From Dictyostelium discoideum (Eukaryota): a DNA stretch of 64,000 bases. Positions 56,142 to 64,000 of this stretch are shown here, one piece after another. Numbering within the stretch: position 1 is the stretch's first letter; each line of letters opens with the position of its first letter. The stretch is taken from contig CM000154.2 in NCBI GenBank assembly GCA_000004695.1, forward strand, positions 352,001 to 416,000, in the 5' to 3' direction. A program made the position numbers and the translations under genes. The notes under the pieces were generated by a model. It did no database searches, was not told the DNA's origin, and saw only the letters and a list, made by a program, of their open reading frames with translations.

Positions 56142-56812
56142 TGAACTTTGATTTGACTTTTTTTCTGTTAAACTTATTAATTGTTCTGGTGGTATTTCAT
56201 TTGATTGTGGTTGATTTTCACATTGATTTGAAATGTGTTTAAAAACTTGTTCTATATTTATATTATCTTTTGCAGAGGTATCAAAGTAAGTTAGATTGCC
56301 ACCAATGTTATCTTTACACCATTGAATAGCGGCTTTCTCTGTAACTACTCTATTTGGATCATCGATTTTATTTCCTAAAATAATGAATGGAAATAAGATT
56401 GGATCTCGAATTTCTGTTTTTTCAATGAAATCATCTCTCCAAAGTTTTAAATCGTAAAGTGTCTTCTCATTGGTTACATCAAATACCAATATACAATAAT
56501 CTGCTCCTCTGTAATATGATATCTCTAAACTTCTGAATCTCTCTTGACCACTTGTGTCCCATAATTGAAGTGTAACCATATTTTCACTAACCATAACGAA
56601 ATCAACTCCAATCGTTGGTTTCAATGTAACAAATCTTTTATCGACATATCTTCTTAATATACTAGTTTTACCAACACTAAATTAAATAAATTATAAAAAA
56701 AAAAAAATAGTTAATAGCTTGTTGTTGTTGTTGTTGTTGTTTTTTTAAAATTTTTTACATACCTTTTCTCACCTATAATGACAACTTTAATAATTTTCCT
56801 TCCTTTTGTCAT
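56133..56812 (-). CDS. Rab-family small GTPase (Rab7/Rab32-like) with a C-terminal CC prenylation motif, 2 exons: complement(join(56133..56676,56763..56812)), 197 aa
   Basis: Exon 1 is MTKGRKIIKVVIIGEK. A GTATGT donor and AATTTAG acceptor join it in phase 2 to SVGKTSILRRYVDKRFVTLKPTIGVDF (P-loop and switch I), then LWDTSGQERFRSL (switch II), ILGNKID (NKxD), FDTSAKD (SAK), and it ends ...NQSSCC*. Confidence 0.85.
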
Positions 56813-56837
56813 GTTATGTGTTTTAAAAAATTGTAAT

Positions 56838-56876
<39 letters not shown>

Positions 56877-57540
56877 CTTTTTTTTTTCTTTTTTTTTTTG
56901 TTTATGTAAAAAATATAAGTACATATAAAACAAAAAAATCTATAGAAAATTTTAAAAAAAAAAAATAAAAAAATGAAAAAAAAATAAATGAAAATAAAAA
57001 TTATTAAAAAATAAAAATTCACGATGTATTAAACATTTTATAAAATTGAGTTGTGCTGGTTTGGTAAAAATCTCAAATTTTTAATTAGATAAATATAGTA
57101 AAATTAAAATTCAATAAATTAAATTTTAGTTTTATTTTTATTTTTTTCTATAGTTTTATTTTATTTTTATTTTTATTTATTTGGTTTCATTTTCATGTTT
57201 ATTTTTTATTTTTAATTTCCTTTATAATTTTTTATTTTTTTGAAAAAAGAAGAAAATAAAGAACATTTTTTTTTTTTTTTTTTTTTTTTTTTTGTTTTTT
57301 TTTTTTAAATATTGAACAATTAGTGTTTATTAAGGAATTAAAACTATATAATTAAAATTAAAATTCATAAAAAACTATAATTATATAATTTTGAAAATTA
57401 TTAAAAAGCAAAAAATTTAAAATAAAATCTTTAATAAGATCCTAGCAATTTTTTAAAGACCCAAAGGTCCTTAACTATTAAATTATAAAAAATTAAACTG
57501 CCAAGTTATTGTATTATTTTGGGTTTCATCTCTATTTAGA

Positions 57541-57560
57541 GAGTTGAACTAGCGATCTTA
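57541..57560 (-). promoter_or_regulatory. Putative external B box (ex-B) downstream of tRNA-Gly
   Basis: The minus-strand sequence ...AGTTCAACTC... lies about 27 to 36 nt 3' of the tRNA end. It resembles the B-box consensus GGTTCGAATCC, as is typical of Dictyostelium tRNA genes carrying an extra downstream B box. Confidence 0.3.
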
Positions 57561-57583
57561 TTTAAAAGATAGGGAAAATTTTA

Positions 57584-57654
57584 TGCGTATGCTGGGAATC
57601 GAACCCAGTTCGCATCCGTGGCAGGGATGCATCATACCACTAGACCACATACGC
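57584..57654 (-). tRNA. tRNA-Gly (anticodon GCC), 71 nt
   Basis: The reverse complement is GCGTATGTGGTCTAGTGGTATGATGCATCCCTGCCACGGATGCGAACTGGGTTCGATTCCCAGCATACGCA. The acceptor stem GCGTATG pairs with CATACGC, with discriminator A. The D-loop is AGTGGTA. The anticodon stem CATCC pairs with GGATG, around the loop CTGCCAC with anticodon GCC. The T-arm is GGGTTCGATTCCC. A TTTT Pol III terminator lies immediately 3' (minus strand). Confidence 0.9.
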
Positions 57655-57699
57655 TTTTTGGTGAATATTTTTCTAAATAATAGCTTTTTATATGGTAAA

Positions 57700-57929
57700 A
57701 TATCTCTTAAAGCTTCTCCAAAGATCCACAACTCCCCCTGCATCTGGTGTAACGAATAGGAAACCTCAGAACATATCTTCTTTAAATGCAAACCACACAC
57801 TAAAGAAACTCAAGAGTGCATCAACTTCATTCAAGAAAAATCTGGAGGATCCAGAATCAATTGGGGAATAGAAATCTTCAACAGACCAGACATTCCATTA
57901 ACAGCCAACGTTATTCCATTCAAAAAAAA
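57700..57929 (+). mobile_element. GC-richer fragment, about 230 bp, ending in oligo(dA). It is a putative 5'-truncated relic of a tRNA-targeted non-LTR retrotransposon (TRE5-like), about 45 bp upstream of tRNA-Gly.
   Basis: Its base composition departs sharply from the flanks (ctccaaagatccacaactccccctgcatctggtgtaacgaataggaaacctcag...ccattc + A10). It carries a 55-codon open frame and terminates in an A-run at 57916..57925. Its position relative to the tRNA start matches the known integration preference of TRE5 elements. Confidence 0.3.
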
Positions 57930-58281
57930 AATTTAAATGGTAAACAAAAAAAATTAAACTATAATTAAAAACAAAACAAATAATAAAATCCAAATACATC
58001 CCAAAATTAAAAAAAAAAAATAAAAAATAAAAAAAAATTAAAAAAAGAAACAAAATTAACGATTGAAAATTTTACTTAATTTAAATATTGTAATAAAAAG
58101 CCAGATATTTTATTAAAATAAGCATAAAATTGGTTAAAATTAAAAAATAATTTAAAATTAAATTATTTTTAATTATATAATTACAACCCACCAAAACCAA
58201 AACTAAATTTTAATATCATATTATATTTATTTTTTCCAGTTTTTATAAAAACTTGATGAATTCCCCCAAACCAGGATGACT

Positions 58282-58319
<38 letters not shown>

Positions 58320-58586
58320 TAAACATTAATACAGCCATAGCCCAGTGATTTGTGCAAGCTTTGTCAGTCAACTGGATATTAATAATAAAAAAAAAAAAAA
58401 TAAAAAAAAAAAATAAAAAAAAATAAAAAAAAAAAAATAAAAAAAATAAGAGTGGCGGAGGGAATCTTCACAAAAATCTAGTGTCGGAATTGATTTCTTC
58501 TCAAATAAATGAAAAAAAAAAAAATAAGAAAAGTAAGATAACTATTCAAAAAAAAAAAAATAATAAAAAAAAAATTAAAATATTGG

Positions 58587-58624
<38 letters not shown>

Positions 58625-58779
58625 AAAAAAAAAGATATTATTAAAACGACTGAACGCAATACATAAATACAGCAAATTACAACTTTTAATTATTTAAATA
58701 ATTATAAAAAAATAAAATAAAAAAAAAAAAAAATAAAAAAAATAAAAAAAATAAAAAAAATAAAAAAAATAAAAAAAAT

Positions 58780-58811
<32 letters not shown>

Positions 58812-59045
58812 GAAAGAAATCAAACTGCTCACATTAAAAATTTTATAAAATTTTATAATTTTTGTGCAGTTTCGAGGTAAATTTCATATGATCAAAAAAA
58901 TTAAAAAAAACAAAAAAAACAAAAAATAAATAAATAAAAAAAAAAAAATTAAATTTTTTTAAATTTACCGAGGTACAATCAATTTTAAACCAGAAATTTC
59001 ACAAAAAATAAAATTAAAAAAAAAAAAAAAAAAAAAAAAACCCAG

Positions 59046-59082
<37 letters not shown>

Positions 59083-60141
59083 CCCGGTTTACCAAAGTTT
59101 TGGTTTGGACCGCGGTAAACTTTCCCTATTGGGGGAAAACCCCACACCACCCATTCACACCACATATTAAAAAATTTAAAAATAAAAAAATAAAAAAATA
59201 AAAAAAAATAAAAAAAAATTATCTTCTCTTACAACTGTTACTTGTTTTTTTAATTTTTATAATAATAACAAAAAAAATTTTTTAAAAAAAAAAAAAAAAT
59301 TTAATTTAAAAAAATTAAAATTTCAATACCACCACCTTGCACCATTCACACAAACAGAGTAAATTTCAAAATTTATCACCATATTATTAAATTTTATTAA
59401 ACAGAAATAATAAATTTTTATATAAAAAAAATATATAAAAAATAAATATAATTATAATAAAAAATAAATAAAATTATTATTTTATTTATTACAAATACAA
59501 TAATTAGATTTTAGTAGTTTATCATTTAAATATGTATAATTTTTTTTTTTTTGTATAAATTGTTTTTATAATAAAGCATATTTTTTTATTTTCAAAAAAA
59601 ATAATATATGTATAAAAAAAAAAAAAAAAAAAAAAACTTTTATATTTTTCATTATTATAATTAATTTTTTTTTTTTTTTTTTTTTTAAATTAAATACACT
59701 TGTATACATAATAACTAGAATTTTCCTACCAATATTTTTTATTTCTTTTTCGGTATCACATTGTATTTATCTCTGCAATTTTTTTTTTTTTTTTTTTTTT
59801 ACTAATCCATTACCAATAATTAATTTTTTTTTTTTTTTAATTATCTTTTTTTTTGTTTTTATTTTTTTTATTTTTATTTATTTTTTTTATTTTTTTTTAT
59901 TTTTTTATTTTTTTATTTTCCAAACGACACTTTTCCTTCGTTTTATTAACTTTTTTTATTTTTTATTTTTTTTTCATTTTCATTTTTTTAAAAAAAAAAA
60001 ACTTAATTTAATTTCTAGAATAAAAAACAAAACCTTAAAATATACAACTGTTGAAAATTATAATTTACAAAAACAAATAAATTAAACAAATTAAATAAAA
60101 AAACAAACAAACAAATCAAATCAAATCAAATCAAATTAATA

Positions 60142-61043
60142 ATGAACGCAATTGATAATCAAAATTCAGAATCATTTTTAATAGATGAATCAACATTAGA
60201 TAGCCCATTAAATAGATTAGTTGAAAATCTTACAGAAGAATTTAAAAATGTACAACCAGAAGGATTCACAGGTAATGGTCAAGTTATTGTCAGCCTATTA
60301 ACAGAATATATAAATAATCATAATGATTGGAAAGAATATGTTTTCTATTGTCCATACTCTTATAGTAGAAATTTAATTGCCAAAAATGATATGTTTGAAT
60401 TAATGGTAATTTGTTGGAGAAGAGGTCAACCATCACCAGTTCATAATCATGAAGTATGTAAATTATTAATTAATATTTTATTATTTTATATATATATATA
60501 TATATATATTAATTTTTTTATTATTTTTATTTATTTTTATTTTTTTTTATTTATAAGGATCAAAGATGTTGGATGGGTTGTGTTAAAGGTCAATTAGAAG
60601 AAACATATTATGTATTTAGTGATACAAAGAGTACAAAAGGTGAAGGATTATTAGAACAATCATATACACATCCAATTGATAATGGTTCAGTTGGTTATAT
60701 TACAGATGAGATAGCATTTCATAGAATGCAATCGATTACAGATGAAACAATATCAATTCATTTATATTCTAAACCAATTACTGAATGTAATATTTATTGT
60801 CCAGATAAAGGTACAATCACTAGAAAGAAATTAGGTTATTTCACTCAATATAAAAAGAAAGTTTTAAATTTACCAACTGCTTCTTGTGGAAGTGTACAAC
60901 CATTATCATCAACACCAATCCCTCAATCAATTAATAATACCACTTCAAATAATAGTACAACTGTTTCTGAATGTTTAAATTCAAATTCAAATTCAACAAC
61001 TACAAATTTATCATCATCTTCTTCAAGTGTTTCTTTAATATAA
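60142..61043 (+). CDS. Cysteine dioxygenase type I (cupin), 2 exons: join(60142..60453,60558..61043), about 265 aa with an S/T/N-rich C-terminal tail
   Basis: Exon 1 is ...WKEYVFYCPYSYSRNLIAKNDMFELMVICWRRGQPSPVHNHE. A GTATGT donor and TATAAG acceptor join it in phase 0 to DQRCWMGCVKGQLEETYYVF...SVGYITDEIAFHRMQSITDETISIHLYSKPITECNIY. This matches mammalian CDO1 (WKKYVFFDPYRYTRNLV...HDHTDSHCFLKMLQGNLKETLF...IGLHRVEN...HLYSPPF). Confidence 0.85.
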
Positions 61044-61045
61044 TT

Positions 61046-61046
<1 letters not shown>

Positions 61047-61120
<74 letters not shown>
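61047..61120. repeat. 74-nt homopolymer poly(dA) tract
   Basis: Uninterrupted A-run between the convergent 3' ends of the cysteine dioxygenase gene (stop at 61043) and the alpha-mannosidase gene (stop at 61359). Confidence 0.95.
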
Positions 61121-61122
<2 letters not shown>

Positions 61123-61358
61123 ACCACTGTAAATTTTCATTAATCATTTTTTTTTTTTCATCATAACAAATATCTACAACTGGGGTTATCATCTTCATTG
61201 ATTATTATAACCATAAAATAAAATAAAAAATAAAAAAAATAAATATAAATATAAATTTTATTTTATTATTTCTTTTTTTTTTTGTTTTGAAAAAACTATT
61301 ATTATTATTATTGTTAAAATTTATTTTTATATTTATTTATTAATTTTATTTTTAATTT

Positions 61359-64000
61359 TTAATTTGAAATAAATCTAAAAGTTTTGATTTCAAATGGATT
61401 AATTTTAATTGTATCATTAAATTTATAAGATTTTGAAGATTGATTAACTTCTTCAAGACCATTACATTCAATGATTGATTTGAATGGAATTGGAAGGATT
61501 GAAGATGTAAAGTTAAAAGTAGTGGCACCACCAAAAGATTCATAAACACGCACAACAAAAGAGGTGCCATCTTCAGCTTTTTTAATTGTATCAACAATGA
61601 TGGCTTCTTTATTTGTTGAGATAAAAGTTTTATCGATATGAGTTGTAGAAGCTAAAGAGAATGGTGTTTCACTGATATAAAAGTTATTATTTAATGAATA
61701 GCCTTCTTTAATGACGGAGGCAGATTGAAGTGAACCACGATGTGGATAAATTGAGTAGGTGAATTTATGAGAACCCATATCACAAGTATCATCGGGTGAT
61801 TTTGGTGATCTTAGTAATGATAAACCAATACGACCACCTAATGTTGAGTAACCATATTTACAATCGTTCAATAATGCCATACCAAAATCATATTCACTAA
61901 GATCGGCCCATTTATGTCCGACAACTTCAAATCTTGCGAAATCCCAACTTGTGTTATAATGAGTTGGACGTTCGATATGACCAAATTGAATTTCATAATT
62001 TGCATTCTTTGCTCTAATATTGGTATCGAAATCGACTCTCAATAGTTTATGAGCTTCATTCCAATTGACATTGGTTTCGAAATCAACACGAGCACTATTG
62101 AAATGAACGATGATGGTTTGGTTAACTGAGCCATTACCACTTGGCAATCCTTTTGAATCATAGTGAACTTGAACCACACAACGAAGTGGACCATTTTCAA
62201 TGATTTTACAAGTTCCCTCCAATATTGACAATGGTTTCTCCAATGAGAAAATCTCTTGATCCCAAGCATCCCAAAATAGACAAGTATCATCGAAAATTAT
62301 TAATCTATTACCCAATGAACCATCTTGTTTAATCACTTCTCTATTTGCTGATTTTTCAATTAAACTTTTAATTCTACCATTGGAACCAATAACAATTGAA
62401 ATGAATTGATTATCAATTAAAATATCACCACTAGCATCATTCTTTTCAATTGCAGTACAAGGATAACCTGGTTTTCTATTGATAGTTCTATTATCACCAC
62501 TTGTTGAGATATTAATTGCAGAGAAACCATTTGGTGGTAAACTTACAGTACCCAATGGTAAACCATTATAAGATGTTTGAATTGCATTGATATATTGAGC
62601 TTGAATATCTTTATTTGATTTTGGAATTTCAATTACTCTACTAATTTCAAAATCATTTGCATTGAATGCTAATACAAATTCAGAATTTTTTGTACATTCA
62701 GTAGTAGAGGTGGTGGTGGTGCTGGTGGTAGTGGAAGTAGTTGGTAAATTATCGATTTTCAATAGAGTACCAGTTATATGATTCATAGATTGTGTGATAA
62801 TATTTTTACATTCAACTAAAACTTGTTGATGAATTTTTAAGATATCTTCATAGCAAACTTGAATTGATGAACCTGGTAATGCATCATGGAATTGACAAAG
62901 TAAAACTTGTTGCCAAAGTTTTGAGAGATTTGGTGATTTAAAACCTTCTACGAATAATTCACAATAGGAAGTTAACATTTCAGTGGCATGCAATTCAATT
63001 TCACATAATCTATTACCTCTTTTTGTAGTGGCTTGTGATGTATAGGTACCACGGTGTAATTCAAAATAAAGTTCACCAACCCATTTATTTAATTTTGAAC
63101 GATGTGGTTCCAATTGTTTGAAGAATTGAGCTGGTGTTGAAAATTCAATTTTTGGTATACCAGCAGTATCTTTTAGTATGGTTAAACGTTCAATCATTGG
63201 AATGGTTGGACCACCACCACCGTCACCATTGCCATAGAGTAACATTGATTCATTGCAACGGTCGATATCCTTATTGTTGCTACTTGACATTACAATTTCC
63301 TTTACATCGGCTTGTGAATTATAAGTATCAGCAGGTGGGAAATGAGTTAACACACTTGATCCGTCAATTCCTTCCCAAATGAATGTACTATGTGGGAATT
63401 TATTTAAATTATTCCAAGACAATTTTTGAGTGATAAAATTTTCAATACCCATATGACGAATAACTTGTGGCAATTGAGCAGAGTAACCAAATGTATCTGG
63501 TAAAAAGAATTCTGTGCATTTTTTACCAAATTCCTTTTCAAAGAATCTTTGGCCGTATAGGAACTGACGGATGAATGATTCACCAGATGGGAGATTACCA
63601 TCCATTTCGACCCATGTACCACCGGTGGGGATGAATTGGCCAGTGACTACTTTCTCTTTGATTCTTTCATAAAGTTCTGGATAGTTCTCTTTGGTCCATT
63701 GGTAAGCTTGTGCTTGAGATTGGGTGAATTTAAATTGTGGGTAGTAATCCATGTAGAGGATTTGTGTGGAGAATGATCTTGCACATTTCTCTTTGGTCTT
63801 TTCAAAACTCCATAACCAGCATAAATCAATATGGCAATGTCCAACTGCCCATACTCTAGTTTGTGATTCTGAATTATGTTGTGAAAAAAACTCTTTCTTT
63901 GCCAATTCAATACATTTTGAAAATGTTCTTGAATCATTTACATTACATTGGTTAATGATATCATTGGCCACCCAAATTGCTTGTTTCTTTCTTAATGATT
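61359..64000 (-). CDS. Alpha-mannosidase, glycosyl hydrolase family 38 (MAN2C1-like). The 5' end is partial: the CDS continues beyond the window end (the frame is open upstream of 63971, where the track 'M' is a GTG).
   Basis: WAVGHCHIDLCWLW, GGTWVEMDGNLPSGESFIRQFLYGQRFF, FFLPDTFGYSAQLPQVIRHMGI, ...LYGNGDGGGGPT, WVGELYFELHRGTYTSQA, QFGHIERPTHYNTSWDFARFEV, LLNDCKYGYS are all collinear with human cytosolic alpha-mannosidase from about residue 240 to the C-terminus. Confidence 0.9.
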   Translation of the reverse strand, partial: SLRKKQAIWVANDIINQCNVNDSRTFSKCIELAKKEFFSQHNSESQTRVWAVGHCHIDLCWLWSFEKTKEKCARSFSTQILYMDYYPQFKFTQSQAQAYQWTKENYPELYERIKEKVVTGQFIPTGGTWVEMDGNLPSGESFIRQFLYGQRFFEKEFGKKCTEFFLPDTFGYSAQLPQVIRHMGIENFITQKLSWNNLNKFPHSTFIWEGIDGSSVLTHFPPADTYNSQADVKEIVMSSSNNKDIDRCNESMLLYGNGDGGGGPTIPMIERLTILKDTAGIPKIEFSTPAQFFKQLEPHRSKLNKWVGELYFELHRGTYTSQATTKRGNRLCEIELHATEMLTSYCELFVEGFKSPNLSKLWQQVLLCQFHDALPGSSIQVCYEDILKIHQQVLVECKNIITQSMNHITGTLLKIDNLPTTSTTTSTTTTSTTECTKNSEFVLAFNANDFEISRVIEIPKSNKDIQAQYINAIQTSYNGLPLGTVSLPPNGFSAINISTSGDNRTINRKPGYPCTAIEKNDASGDILIDNQFISIVIGSNGRIKSLIEKSANREVIKQDGSLGNRLIIFDDTCLFWDAWDQEIFSLEKPLSILEGTCKIIENGPLRCVVQVHYDSKGLPSGNGSVNQTIIVHFNSARVDFETNVNWNEAHKLLRVDFDTNIRAKNANYEIQFGHIERPTHYNTSWDFARFEVVGHKWADLSEYDFGMALLNDCKYGYSTLGGRIGLSLLRSPKSPDDTCDMGSHKFTYSIYPHRGSLQSASVIKEGYSLNNNFYISETPFSLASTTHIDKTFISTNKEAIIVDTIKKAEDGTSFVVRVYESFGGATTFNFTSSILPIPFKSIIECNGLEEVNQSSKSYKFNDTIKINPFEIKTFRFISN

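Noticed and set aside
57558-57800. 80-aa minus-strand ORF (MCGLHLKKICSEV...)
   Set aside because: It overlaps and reads straight through the tRNA-Gly gene and its flank. The tRNA is a far better explanation for this sequence.

Overview
This window is AT-rich (>75% A+T) nuclear DNA from a social amoeba, almost certainly Dictyostelium discoideum, and no undescribed biological system was found in it; the strongest single candidate is a secreted protein with LPMO-like copper-enzyme hallmarks (17718..19186, -). The evidence for the organism is the very long homopolymer A/T runs, the (AAT)n and (CAA)n microsatellites that encode poly-Asn and poly-Gln inside genes, and the short AT-rich introns with GTAAGT/GTATGT donors and (T)nAG acceptors. 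The window is gene-dense. I count about 28 protein-coding genes on both strands, most with one to three small introns that I rebuilt by hand from splice signals and reading-frame continuity.

The genes I can assign are, in order:
- tyrosine aminotransferase (517..2132, +)
- glycogen debranching enzyme (2336..7323, -), whose first exon is listed as a separate ORF in the track
- a LIM-domain protein with NALNAPK repeats (9279..9988, +)
- acetyl-CoA hydrolase, Ach1 family (10168..11766, -)
- signal peptide peptidase (12712..14226, -)
- a secreted protein with LPMO-like hallmarks (17718..19186, -)
- talin B with a C-terminal villin headpiece (24738..32911, +)
- an FNIP-repeat protein (33388..35235, +)
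- Nop14 (36563..39608, -)
- a possible Pex26-like tail-anchored protein (39871..41563, -)
- CutC (44188..45030, -)
- an F-box/WD40 protein (45759..47876, +)
- a BAP31-like protein (48558..49147, +, 5' end unresolved)
- a multipass membrane protein (51298..52706, -)
- a small secreted Cys-rich protein (53148..53534, -)
- an EndoG-family nuclease (54658..56025, +)
- a Rab GTPase (56133..56812, -)
- cysteine dioxygenase (60142..61043, +)
- a GH38 alpha-mannosidase that runs off the window end (61359..>64000, -)

Several further genes are low-complexity or of unknown function.

One tRNA-Gly(GCC) gene lies on the minus strand at 57584..57654. It has a downstream external B-box-like element, and about 45 bp upstream of it sits a GC-richer fragment ending in oligo(A), which may be a relic of a tRNA-targeted retrotransposon.

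No rRNA and no CRISPR array are present. Several short ORFs in the six-frame track start at TTG or GTG, or are translations of poly-A/T tracts, and were discarded.
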